The translations under genes and the position numbers were made by a program. The notes under the pieces are model-generated. The model was not told the origin of the DNA, made no database searches, and was given only the letters and a program-made list of their open reading frames with translations. A DNA stretch of 64,000 bases from positions 160,518,001-160,582,000 of the forward strand of contig JBITNC010000001.1 in the NCBI GenBank assembly GCA_050084985.1. The letters run 5' to 3'. Below are positions 1-12,877 of this stretch, piece after piece. Position 1 is the stretch's first letter. Each line of letters begins with the position of its first letter. Source of the stretch: Nageia nagi (taxonomy: Eukaryota; Plantae; Pinophyta).

Positions 1-360
1 GAAGATTGAGGATAAAGTGATTTTCAAAAATATCCTTAGATCACTATCATCCATTTTTGGTGCCAAAGTCTCAACCATAAAAGAACTAAAGGATTTAAAT
101 ACTCTTACTATAGATGAAATGTATGGTACCTTAATTGCCTATAGGATGATGATTATAAATTCCAAGACTAATGATAAAGAAGTTTTCTTCAAATTTTCTA
201 AAGCAAATTCAATTGAAGAAGATACTTCAGATTATGAAGAATCCAACTTTATTTAGAGACTCAAAAGAGGGTAAGGTAATTATAAAGGTAAGTTTCCTTT
301 AAAGTGCTTCAGATATGGTTTAATTAGTCATTTGTCTAATAAATATCCCTACAAGGAGAA
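1..360 (+). mobile_element. Degenerate Copia-type gag remnant (UBN2/Retrotran_gag_2-like region plus decayed zinc knuckle)
   Basis: Translation KNILRSLSSIFGAKVSTIKELKDLNTLTIDEMYGTL resembles the Copia gag KILRSL..F..KV..I.E.KDL..L..DEL.G.L motif, followed after stops by KGKFPLKCF..G..SH (decayed CCHC). Part of an older element that seems to continue to ~10460. Confidence 0.75.
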
Positions 361-1238
361 AAGCCTCATTTCTAAAGAAGATAATTATGAAGGAGATGAA
401 TATAAATATGATACTAGTGAAGTTTCATTTATAGATTTTAAATATTTAGAATTTAATGGTACTATAATTGATTCAAATTTTAATAAAGTGAAGAAAAATA
501 AGAGCCAAAAGGTGGAAATGGTTCCATTTCATTCACACTAGCTAGTTTATGGTTGCACATTCTTAGGGAGAGAAATTCCTAGTTTATATTATATGCTTCT
601 ATGTATGGTTGCTATTATTTTTATTGCTTACTTGAACTTGAGAATTGTACATGAATTTAGTGGGAGTATTTCAATTACTTATCTTCCTACCCTCAAACTT
701 AGTCTTCATAAGTTATCTTTCTTATTTTGTCCAAGAAATTGGTGTCTAGTATCTTATTGATTAAGATTGCTATGTACAACAATAACTTTCTATCTTACAA
801 TACCACTTCCTTACACATTTTATTTTTATCATATTACATCAAGGAGAAAATGTTATATTATTTGGGCTTCTTATTGTTGTCATTCATTTGTTTGAAGATT
901 ACATATTTTGGTGTATTATCAGATGATGAAGAAGAAAAGAGACTAATTTTATGCCAATATGTTGAATCTTGGTGTTTTATTTATTCTTGGTGGAGATTGC
1001 TATTAAGTTGTAGATATGCTTCAGTGTCCTTATAATACATCATTGATATTATTGAAAAAAATGGGGAGATAGGTATTGAATGGAGTGAGTTTTTACAACA
1101 ATGGTAAAGAGGGAGATTATTTACCATATGCTTATGCTTGTGTTGGTGTTCTCATTATTATCAAAGGAGTCTGCACATATGCCATAATATCAAAGGTGAT
1201 CAAGTGCAATTATGTTAAAGTCATACAATATATGAGAA

Positions 1239-1737
1239 TGAAGGATTTGAACAATAACATAAGAAACTCTAAAGTACCAAGATCTCATGAAAGCATAGAA
1301 TTCATATCTAAATAAATCTAATAAGATAATATCACAACATAACATAAGATGTAAGTGGTTCCTCCAATTAAGAGTACATCAACTAACTAGATCTCACTTC
1401 TCAACAAATATGAACTCTTACAAATCTCCTAATCTTCATCTCTTAAACACTATCCTATAGCATAACTTTATGCCACAAATTGATGTATGATACAAAGAGA
1501 GAGCCTTCTATTTATAGGCCAAAATCTCTCTTTGGATCACCCTTTTACCCAATGTATAAAATCATGACATGCACATCCTTTTACCGAAGGAGCATGCTCA
1601 TAACATGGAGTGTAGGACAAGTTACATTATCATATTCACTTAAATACTTAAGGTATCTAATGATACACTTAAGTATTAATAAATTTATAAAGCAAATTAA
1701 TACAAACCTTTATAATAATGTATTATACATTCCAACA
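1239..1737 (-). repeat. 3' LTR of Copia-1
   Basis: Starts TGAAGGATTTGAAC, ends TCCAACA, abuts the PPT; 124/142 identical to 7648-8146 over the first 142 nt. Confidence 0.95.
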
Positions 1738-2444
1738 CTCTCCCTTAATGTAATATTTGGATAGAGTGAATAAGAGAGAAGGAAGAGAGAAAATAAGAAA
1801 GTTATCCTCCAAATAGATACAATAAAGATGAGAAATTTTTACATATTTATAAATTAAGAAAGATCTAGTTTGAGGCTCACTACATTACTAAATACAATCA
1901 TTAATCACAACTGGTTTCAATGTACATGAAGTAGTCATCCAACTGGAAGTCATGAAGAATATCCAAGATCCTAAATATAAGAAATAAGTAACTTACAATC
2001 TCAAATGAACCTACAAGTCATAAGCAACTCAAATAATAAGATCAATTAGATGCAACATATTCATACCAACTAGGATATATGAATAACTCAAATACCATCA
2101 TGAATTGATCAATGGTGCACTATAAGTCATCACGAAGATGACAAGCCAAAACTCATAATCCCCTGCTATATATAAAATATGTGTTGATTATCACTACAAA
2201 ATAGAGCATGCACATATGAATAACTAAATAGTGCTAAAAGACACATAAGAGTTCCTTATACATGGAGAATTGAATAGTACTAGATTGGCCAATCTTTTTG
2301 TTTTAAAAATTTGTACAATAAGTTTCTCATATAGAATGAACTTACCATAAATGTGTACAACAAAATCAACACTATATATCATAAAATCTTTCTAGGGGTG
2401 AAGTTGTCATTGTAAACATGAATTCAATATAAGAATTTAAACTT

Positions 2445-5400
2445 CACTCTCCCTTGAGAAAAACTTTACCAACCTGATGGTATCCTTAAGCTTACAAAAC
2501 TAAGCTTTTAAGAGAGGCTTGGTGAACAAATCAATGGATTTCAATGTGGATGGATAATACTTCAAGTGTATGATGCCATTAAGAACCTTCTCTCTGATAA
2601 AATATGCCTAGATATTCACATATTTTATTCTTTGATGAAACATAAGATTCTTAACCTAAGAGATCATCGATTGATTATATGAAAAAATCAAAGATGAACC
2701 ACCTTTCTCATACCTTATTTATTATAGAATATGCCTTAGCCAAATGGATTCTTAGGTTGCAATAGACATGGCACAATATCTAGCTTTTATGGTGGAAAGA
2801 AAAATAGTAGGCTACTTCTTAGAAGCCTAAGAGATAGCACCTAAAGCAATGCTAAACACATATGCAAAGGTTGATTTCTTATCATCTCTATCTCCACCAT
2901 AGTTAGAATTTGAGAATCTAGAGAGAATAAATTAGGACCATTTAGAATACTTAAGACCAAGATCTTTAGTCCCTGCAACATATTTCAAGATTTGCATAAC
3001 AATAATGAGGTGTTCAAGATATGGCTTCTACATGAATCAAGCCATCAGATTCATTGCAAAGGTAATATTTGGCTTGAAAATAGTTAAATACAAAAGACTA
3101 CTAATTAATTTCCTATGAGCTATAGCATTAACTAACTAAGAGTTGGAACTCAAAGAAATAGTGATTCTAGGAGAGACTAGGATTGCAACATATCTACATT
3201 TTTCTATTTAAAATTTTTATAAAATGTTTGATATATATTTAGATTGACTGATATAAGTACAATCTTTGTATTAATACACTTGAATTCCAAGATAGCAGTG
3301 CAAGAGATCAAGATCATTCATTTCAAATGTTACCTTAAATTTGGATATGCACTTTTGAATGATTTTTTCATTATTCTCAGTTATAAAAAGATCATTCACA
3401 GAAAAGAGAATCAATACCATGTCTTTTTTTTTTATTGAGCACATATAGAACAAAGTCAAAAAAATACTTGGAGGAACCAATATCTACAAAAAACCTTGAA
3501 ATCTTCTAGTACGAAGCTTTAGTTGCTTTCTAAAGTCCATACAATGACTTCTTTTGCTTGCACACAAAGGATTCTTTGCCTTCTACCATAAACCTTTTTG
3601 ATTGATTCATGAATATTTCCACATCTAACCCACCATTAAAGAATGCATTTTTGATGTCAAGTTGAAAAACTTTTCATTCTTGAGCTACAGAAAAAGCAAA
3701 GATAATTCTTATTGTAAGCATATTTACCATGAGAGCAAAGGTTTCTTCATAATCTACACCATATTACTGAGCAAAACCTTTGATTACCAAACTTGCCTTG
3801 TATTTTTTAATATTTTCAATAGAATTGAACTTGACATTGTAGATTTACTTATTGCTAATCATATTCTTTTCATTGGGATAAGAAACCAACTCTCAAGTTT
3901 TATTTTTCATAAGAACCTCGTACTCCACTTTCATGGTTTCCATCTAACACTTATGCTTAAAAGCTTCTTTGAAGGTTGAGGGCTCATACTTATTATCAAC
4001 CTTGGTAAATAAGGATTTGTTTAAGGTCATGCTCCTAATTACCCTTTGAGTTAAATAATTTTGATTTTAAAATGACTTATTTACATCAATATCTAACCAG
4101 TTAGGTGTAACTAAAGAGTCATCTATATCATCAACATCCTCATTAGAACTAGATTCTTTAGGATGTTCATTGAACTTGACATCTCTTAAAATGAACACTA
4201 CTTTATAGGATGGAGAGTAGAGCTTGTAACCTCTATGCTAACTATCATAACCTACAAAGATTCATTTTTTAGCTTTTTTATCCAATTTTTCCTTTTCTTC
4301 AAAAATAATGTAAGAGAATGCTTCACAACCAAATACCTTAAGATGAGAAATCTTAAGTTTTCTTCCTAACCATGTCTCAATAGAAGCTTTACCCTGAACA
4401 AATTTTATGAAAAGCCTATTCAAAGTGTAAATACTAGTTTTTATAACTTTACCCTATAAGAAATTAGAAATATTACCCATCATGCATCTAGCCATCTCCA
4501 TAATTATCCTATTTTTTCTTTTAAAAATACCATTCTACTGAGAAGTGTATAAACTTATAAACTACCTTTTGATTCCATGCTTAGCACAATAGTCATTGAA
4601 CTCATTACTATTATATTCTCCCCCATTATCTTATCTCAATATCTTGATTTTAAGGTTAGTTTGATTCCTAACAAAGGCCTTAGAAATCTTAAAACTCTCA
4701 AAGGTTTGATCTTTATGCTCAAGTAGATACCCAAAGGTCATCTTACTAAAGTCATCAATGAAGGTCAAGATGTAAGATGCTCCTCCAAATGACTTAGTTT
4801 GAAATAGACCTATCAAGTTTGAATGCACAAATTGAAGAGGTTGAGATGCTCTTATTGCCTTATCTTTTTTAAACTTTAATCTATGAATCTTATTAAGAAT
4901 GCACTTCTTTTATAGACCAATCAAAGATAAAATTAAAGGCAAACCTTTCATAAGTTCTTGGTATTTCATGACTTGAATACTCTTGTGGTTAAGGTGTCAT
5001 AAATTTTTGTGCTAAAGATTGTCTCTAGAACACACACTTGTAGTAAGACACATCTTTGTTGGAACTTGATCCATAATGTAGAGATCATCTTTCACTAATC
5101 TCTTAACCAACATGGATGTTTTTTCTTAATGCACTAGGATTGAGAGTTGAACTCAAAAGAGTACCATTTTATAGCAACTTGGATCATGGACAGAAGGTTT
5201 ATCTTAAGCTTAGGAACATAGAGCACATTATCAAGAACTTTCTTATGAATCAACATACTCCCAATTCCTTAGGCTTCAAGGCTAGAGTTATCACCTATCA
5301 CAACCGCATCTTTTCTATAGTTTTGAAAGTTTTTAAACTTTTATTTTTCAAAGAATAGGTGATTAGTGCAACTAAAGTCAACAAACCAATCAGATGAAAA

Positions 5401-6392
5401 AGAATGGGACATGGAGTAGAGCACTATAATAAAATTGGCATGAATATTCTTTTTTATTTTAAAGTTCCTTACATTACTATTTTTCTTTTTCTATATTTTC
5501 TTTTTGTAGTAATCAACTTTTTTATGACCTTAGATGCTATAATAGTTAAAATTACCATCAAAATTTTTTTTAGGATGTGGATTGTTTGCTTTGCCTTTTA
5601 CATCTCTTTGCTTGAATTGGTTATTATTTCTATTATTCTTATTATTGTTGTTATTCTTATTGTTGCTAATGTTACCATTGTTCATACTATTGTTGTAGCC
5701 ATTGCCTCTTTTTTAAATCTTTTGGAAAAAGAAATAGAAGATTTCTTTTGATGGTTGAACTTCTTCTTGAGAGAAATTTTAGTTGCTCCAAGAGCAATGT
5801 TATTATCTTTTAGAGAAGAAATCAATCTTTTTGTTAAGGGTTTTCTCATACTTCAAAAGGAGCCTATAAAGGTTATCAAATGAGAATACTTCTTTATCAT
5901 CAAGCCTTATTTCCATAACTACCATAAAGTTTTCAAACTTTGAAGAATGATGAAGACCATGAACTCATCATTGATCCAATTACACCCATAATCAACAAGT
6001 TAGGTCCTTAGGTCAATGATTTTGTTCAAGTAGATGGCAACATTTTCATATTTCCCTTGATGAGATTGAAACAACTTTTGGAGAATGGTAAAATTTCATG
6101 AAAACTTTGAACCAAGGTAGATTTGCTTAAATTTATCCTAAGCTTTCTTTATCGAGGTTGAAGAGAAAATTATTAAGAGCACATCATCTAATACTGTATA
6201 GAAGATCATGGAGTTTACTAACTCATTCTTTGTGTTCTAAGCCTCTAGTGCCTTCTCATTTATAGGAGGTAAAAGGTTCTCATTCACTATTTACCAAAGA
6301 TTCCTTGCCTGCAACTTAGCTTTCATTCGAGGTTCTCAAATCCAAAAGTTGGAATCATTAAGAATTTATTTGGGTAAAAATGAGTCTCTCAT
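2445..6392 (-). pseudogene. Copia-1 gag-pol with many stops and frameshifts
   Basis: Integrase HSNLIG..QTKSFGGASYILTFIDDFSKMTFGYLL (4631-4828); RT FEMNDLDLLHCYLGIQV (3271-3480); Asn-rich gag segment near 5620-5710. Confidence 0.9.
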
Positions 6393-7164
6393 TTGCTACA
6401 CAAGAATATGAAACAAAATAAGCATGTGGTTTAATAAACAACAATTTATGTTAACTTTTACATGTTACATTTAATTAACTAAGACATGCTTGATTTGACT
6501 TAAAAAAAATTCCTAAGCATTAACTTAAAAACCTTAAATCCTAAGCATAAGCATGCATCATTTCTACACTTATATCATTTCATAAGTATGCATTATTTTA
6601 TTACTTTGCATAAGTTAAATTTGTGAAAAAATGCATTAAGATTAAAAAATTAAGTAGGAATGCATCAAATAATCCATCATGCATAAGTATATTTGATAAC
6701 TATGTGTAATTACTTAGAATCTATGCATTTTTTTTAGTATCTAAAAAAGTAAGTAAAGATTATAAAATTTCCCCCTTCTTTTACTTAAAAAAGATCCCCA
6801 AAGATAGAATACTAACTTAGCATAGCAATTTATCTTTAAATTCCTTCTAAGTATATATCTATTAGAAAATAATATCCCCCTTGTTTACTTTAAAAAAATT
6901 TGAGTATCCCCTTTAATCAATAAAAGCTTAGTAAAATTTGATCATATGAAAGGTTCAAATATCTTAAAAGTACTTTTACCAAAATAAATTGTAATATATA
7001 GTTAAGCAAATAGAAGGAAATTTGTAAATATTCTTACTAATTTTGCCATTTTAAAAATTTAATTTAATTTTTATTTTTATTAAGTAGTCAAAAAATAAGC
7101 CATCATTGCAAAAAGTAAATGAAGGAAGAAACTTACTCCATTTATGCATTTAATATAATAGAGA

Positions 7165-7362
7165 CAAACCCCTCAATTCTCATGTTGGTGCATTATTCTC
7201 CACCTATTTTGTTCTCCTTTATTCTAACCTACTAGTGAATTAATCTCTATCAGTTCTCTTAGTTGACAAAAATTAGTTACAAATTAGGGAGATGATGGTG
7301 TTGACTGGCCAAACTCCTCAATTCTCCTATTGGTGCATTGTTCTCCACCTATTTTATTCTCC
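7165..7362. repeat. 53-bp direct repeat pair in the Copia-1 5' UTR (7165-7217, 7310-7362)
   Basis: CAAAC(C/T)CCTCAATTCTC..TTGGTGCATT(A/G)TTCTCCACCTATTTT(G/A)TTCTCC occurs twice. Confidence 0.9.
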
Positions 7363-7647
7363 CCTAGTAGATGACATTCTTCCTCTTGGTGTGTTCACCC
7401 CCTTTAGTGTGTTATTCAACTTTGGTAGCCATCGCAACCTTGAGTCCACTCTTGCCCCCTACCAACTACCTTATATGGCCACTCTTACATTTGCCTTACC
7501 TTCTAGTTCTCCCTGCCTCCACCTTGCCTCTTGATTCTTCTTGCCTTTGACCCCACTTTCCTCTGCTCATAGCACAACTACATCATTGGGGTGGCTCACA
7601 CATCTATAGCTCATGAAGAGGAGCCTCCAAGGTGATCTGATACCAAT

Positions 7648-8146
7648 TCAAGGATTTGAACAATAACATAAGCAACTCTAAACTACTAATATCTCATGAA
7701 AGCACACAATTAACATCTAAATAACTCTAAGAATACAATCTCACAACATAACACAAGATGTAAGTGGTTCCTCCAACTAGAAGTACATCCACTAACTAAA
7801 TCTCACTTCTTAACAAATATGAACTCTTACAAATCTTCTAATCTTCATCTTCTAAACACTATCTTATAGCATAACTTTACTTCACAAATTGGTTTATGAT
7901 CAAAAGAGGGAGCCTTCTATTTATAGACCAAAATCTCTCTTTGAATCACCCTTTTACCCAATGTACAAAAGCATGACATGCACATCCTTTTACCCAAGGG
8001 CCATGCTCCTGACATGAAGTGTAGGACAAGTTACATTATCATATTCACTTAAATACTTAAGGTATCTAATGATACCCTTAAGTATTAGTAAATTTACAAA
8101 GAGGATTAATACAAACCTTTACAATAATGCATTATACATTCTGATA
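7648..8146 (-). repeat. 5' LTR of Copia-1
   Basis: Homologous to 1239-1737 with mutated termini (TC..TA); PBS adjacent; followed by TSD GAGAA. Confidence 0.95.
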
Positions 8147-8424
8147 GAGAAGTGTACCAAAATCTAAAGACTTTAGTCTAGGCATGTACAAAGTTTGCCA
8201 AGTGCCTAAGAGATGTATAACATATTGTGTTGGAGTTTTGAAAGTATTAACAAGCATTTAGATTCTATCGAAGTTGATGAAATTTTGTTTACTCCACTCT
8301 ATCAAATTTTAATCAGAATTAAACAATATTAAAATGGTTAGAGTATAATGTATTCTATTTTTCCACCATTCTAGTGAAGTTCATCTACTCCAATTCTACT
8401 GAATTTTTGTTAGAATCAAACATT

Positions 8425-8525
8425 ATGATGCATGAAGGTGAAGACTATCGGATGATGATGCAATGAAGGTGAAGATCGATCGAATGATGATACAATGAAG
8501 GTAAATACCATTGTATGATGATGTA
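8425..8525. repeat. ~31-bp tandem repeat x3 within old LTR-element remnant
   Basis: ATGATGCAATGAAGGTGAAGA-like units; also present in copy B near 56750-56845. Confidence 0.75.
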
Positions 8526-11500
8526 CAGAAATGGAGTTTTATTGAAAGGCTTAATGCTTATGTAAAAAAGGAATGTGAATCTGAAACTTTGAGAAACCTT
8601 ATGATGCTAGCATGTTTTTAAGTGCAAATGTTTTTATTACATTGTATTTTTTTTAGTATGGAGAAATATGATAGTGTTAGCAATAACTGAAGTGCAAATT
8701 TCCCTCGTATAATGGTGTTTCTTGGGTGTAGAGAAATGTGGTGAAATCAATAATATTTAGAGTGTGAATTTCCCCTCTAACATTATGTTTCCAAGGTGCG
8801 AATGAGCTTAATGATGTTAGCACTCTACAAAGTCAAGATTCTTCAGCAGACATTGCAAAATGACATGAGTTTGATGTAGATTACCTTAGGGAGAATATGA
8901 AAGAGTTAATGCGGCCATATAAGGGCTTATGTGAAAAAGTAGATGCTTATGCAGAGATGAAATATATTATGCAAAAGCAGATGCATAGTTACCAATTTGT
9001 CATCTGAAGAGCCCATACTTTGTGAGAAGAGATGTTATAAATATGATGAAGGAAGAAGCTGGAGGTATGATGTCAATTGTGAACAAAGGTGTTATAAAGA
9101 GATGCAATTGCTTATGCAAAAACTTTAACCCTTATGCAGTAAAGTAAAGACTTATGAGATGCAAACAAAGCTTATGCAGACAAATGATGCCTTATGCATA
9201 GAAGTGAGGTCCTATACAGACATAGATAGTCATGTGTGGAGAGATTCTTGACAAACATGTACAATAAAATGAATTAGATGGATATCTTAGATTTTTATTG
9301 CAACTTATTTACTCTATTTATAAACATCATTTCTAGTTTTTAAACTTTTGTAGAAGATGTTAGACCTCAAAGTGGGTTTGTATGGTAACCTTTCATATTA
9401 ACATAATGCTAACTATTAATAGCTAGAGCATGTGTGCTTTGCATAGCCCTTTTAAATATTTGTTGTTATTTAATGTTTATTAATAATAGTGAACAAATAG
9501 TTTCAAGGAAGAATATTTGTTTGAATAATAAGCATTTACCCCATTTAAATTAATCCATAGGATTTATTTTTTATTATTATCAATTATTTGGAACAATCTT
9601 GTTTGGATTAGGGTAGTGGCAAATATGGAATTCAAAATCTTAAATTGTGTGATTTTTAATATGTTTATACTTGGTAAACCTCAAATCTAAATATTTCATT
9701 AGTGCATATGAGGCATTATTAGTGTTATGTGAGTGTGGTTATTAGTAATTTTATGTCTAGGAGAGTGCCAAAAGGTTTATCATCTACTTAAACATTACTA
9801 CTATTTATTTAAAGAAAAGGGTAACTTTCTTTTTCTAATATCCATTGCTTCTATGCTATGAGAGTGTTCTAATAAGAAAAGTAGGATTTACCTAGAATAT
9901 CATGATTTACTTGGAATAATTGAGACTACTATGTCTCATAATAATGTAATTAGATAAAATATGCTAGAGGAAACTATGGATTCACATCCAACTTTATACA
10001 TTTAATGACCATCTCATCTCATATTGTAACAAATTTGTTATTTTTATTATTATTATTATTACTATTTTATACTATAGGAATCGATTTTGACTTACATTTA
10101 TAATCTTCTCTTCATGAATTTGAATCCTAATCCTTCCTACCACTATAACCTCTAATTGCACAAGATAAACCTTTTAACATAACTAATAATGTTGGTACTA
10201 TAAGGCTTAGCAATGTGGTTGTGGCTTGGCAAGTAGTTGAGGATATTTCACATATTGCAATAATGTATTTTTTATATTGTAGGGGAGTTTTCATATACTT
10301 CAAGCTGATTTCACTTGCTAGTATGCATTTTATGCCTAGGAACTTATCTTGATAATGAAAAAGTTAAATACTTAGCATAGATAAGAAAAATCTTGTTGGT
10401 TGGTACTATGAGAAAATTTCAGGACTTTAGAGACTAACCATTTATAAGTTTTTCACCATCAACTATCGAACCTGCTTTGGAATTATGAATAATGAATAAT
10501 AGATTAAGATTACAGACCATGGTATCATATGATGTGATATCTTGACATAAAAGGAAATTTATGATAAGTAGATACTATTATAAGTTACCCATTTAGTTTG
10601 ATGTGATATTTAGGAATCATAACAAAGAGGCACTCAGGTTTAAAGTGAAAGTAATTAACACTTGTGAATGCATATATACAATTCACCTAATTAGCATGGA
10701 GCATATTATTTGTGGAAATGGTAAATAAAGCCATGAGATAAATTTCCCAAATTCATTTATGATTTCATGTAGTCATTGATATTTGATATTATAATTTTTT
10801 TCATGTGATATAAAGAAAGTTGTGAATCTTTTTCAATTATCTTATTAAATGTATAAAATTCATGACCATGCATAAGCTTCAAAAAAATATTTGTGCTATT
10901 AGTTACATGCTCTCATTCCATTGATCTCATAGGCACAAATTAGATTGTGTTATTTATAAAGTTACAAATCATCATTTGTCTATGGATATGAAGAATGTTC
11001 TTGGATATTTAGAGGGAAAATTATGGGTGTATTAAATAACAATTAGTTTGATGATTGATGGAAGTCATCGATGGTTATGAAGAAACCTTGCCTAATTATA
11101 AACACTACCTACAAATACCTTAATAGTCAAGATGATTAAAATTCTTTTTTCTAAAAAATAACCTAAAAATGTAAGAGATAAATAACATATTATGAGCACC
11201 TTACTATACCTAGAATTATAAATCTATTTCTAGCCATCTAAATGTGTAAAATTTTTAATTCGATCTTCAATGTTAATTTCAAAAAGTTCGAAGCTAAAAA
11301 ATAGTCAGATGCTACTCTGTTGCAATTTCTAAACTATGACAAGACCATCCCAAAATCTTTGGTCCAAATATGATTTTGCATGTCTACCATGTGTTGTTGG
11401 TTTTGTATTTAGGTATGTTACAAAGATGTTATAAACCATAAAGGTCAAGGATTAGTCTTCAATACTACCCTTTGCAGACCATTCTATCTACTGCTTTGTT

Positions 11501-12292
11501 GTTAGTAATCTCTTAAATTAGACAGGCACTTATAGTTCCTTTATTTGTAAGACTTAATATGATTCATACATTCCTTCTAATAGTGCGACAACAATGGAGC
11601 ATACTAAATGCTCCAAAATCAAACTTAGATTTAAATGTTGTCTTGTAACACAATTCCATTTATCTAACTAAAATTAGTTTTTTGTACAAAATTATTATGG
11701 TTCGAACCAATACCATAAAAAATCTTAATTTTTTTGGTTCCAGTAGAGAGTTATGACCAAATTACGAATAATATTTTAAGCCATTAAAATGGATTGTTTT
11801 AGAATGTCATTCTTATGGTAGAGTCTTATTTGCCTACCTTTCACATTTTTGTAATGGTAGATGGTTAAATACAAGACTAAATACTCCCCTAAGTTGTTAT
11901 AAATAGTTCATTACAAAAAAAATAGAAAATAAAAAGAAGAAAAAGAATAAGAATAATAAGAATTTTAATAATACAAATAAGAATAATAAAAAATAATAAT
12001 AAATGCAACAATAAAAATAAATAAAAATTATACGATATATGTAACAAAATTTTCCCTCGTTAACTTTCCACACATCTTGCTTATTGCACAAGGTTCCAAT
12101 TGGTAGTATATATCTGTCTATATATATATATGAATGGGCATTTAATGGCCAATTACCTTTTTGCCAAAAATCTTACATGAGTATCGTCTTATATCAAAAG
12201 CTCTATGGTCCTTATTCAGATTAAGAAATAGGCTAGCTATTATTTGGAAAATGGAACGGATGTTATATTAAAAGTAATAAAACGCCATTAGG

Positions 12293-12497
12293 AAATTGTA
12301 TTGGAATTCAAACACTGCTTCGATGATTCGAATGAATGGCCATTCGTTATTCAGAAGCGTTTGTCCTCTTAATGTGGCTGATTTATATATCAAATAGCAA
12401 GTTGTAGTAGATTCAAAATTTTGGTTTGATGATTCCAATGAATGGTTATTCTTTTATTCATAAGCTTTCGTCCTCTTCATGGGATAATTTCTATACT
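12293..12497. repeat. ~107-bp tandem duplication upstream of hairpin A
   Basis: ATTCAAA..GATGATTC(G/C)AATGAATGG..TTATTCA.AAGC.TT.GTCCTCTT.ATG occurs twice (~12293-12390, ~12400-12497). Confidence 0.8.
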
Positions 12498-12775
12498 GAG
12501 ATATGTTTAATATCAATGTTTGAATTTTGTTGAGTTTTGATTCTACTCCAAATAAAGTTATTAATGTGCGACAAAGCGAATAAGTTCGGTAAGCCGGCCT
12601 GGATCATTTGCTAAGGAAGCGTACATAAAAATACGAGTTCGCACAGAACAGCCGGTTGTCTTTTGTGAGGCACAAGCAGACGCGAGCTGACCATCTGTGA
12701 AATTGAAATATAGTCCTTATTACCAATGGGTTGAATATCTCCATTCCTCGTTAGCGAAGGCAACCACAGAAGTTC

Positions 12776-12877
12776 AGATTGTTTTCCGCCATTCTTGCTC
12801 TACAAAAGGCTTCCTCATCAATGAATGGGTGTTTGTGGCGAGGAAGTTTTGTAGGGCAATAATGGCGAAGAACGTCT
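12776..12877 (+). ncRNA. Candidate pre-miRNA-like stem-loop, copy A
   Basis: 5' arm GTTTTCCGCCATTCTTGCTCTACAAAAGGCTTCCTC (12781-12816) pairs with 3' arm GAGGAAGTTTTGTAGGGCAATAATGGCGAAGAAC (12840-12873) with 2 mismatches, a 2-nt bulge and G:U pairs that form only on the + strand; 23-nt loop; lies in a CpG-retaining island. The fold is seen in sequence; expression is not shown. Confidence 0.6.

Larger units (their letters stand above)
1239..8146 (-). mobile_element. Full-length degenerate Ty1/Copia LTR retrotransposon (Copia-1)
   Basis: LTRs 1239-1737 (TG..CA) and 7648-8146; perfect 5-bp TSD GAGAA at 1234-1238 and 8147-8151; Met-tRNA PBS (reverse complement GATCTGATACCA, 7634-7645); PPT reverse complement CTCTCCCTT at 1738-1746; gag-PR-INT-RT-RH order on the minus strand. 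Confidence 0.97.

Noticed and set aside
5404-5751. Hydrophobic membrane-protein-like ORF
   Set aside because: Antisense shadow of the Asn/Lys-rich Copia gag.
12781-12873. Assignment of the hairpin to a known miRNA family (partial resemblance, from memory, to miR477 and conifer miR1312)
   Set aside because: Only short partial matches with many mismatches or gaps; cannot be supported without a miRBase search.
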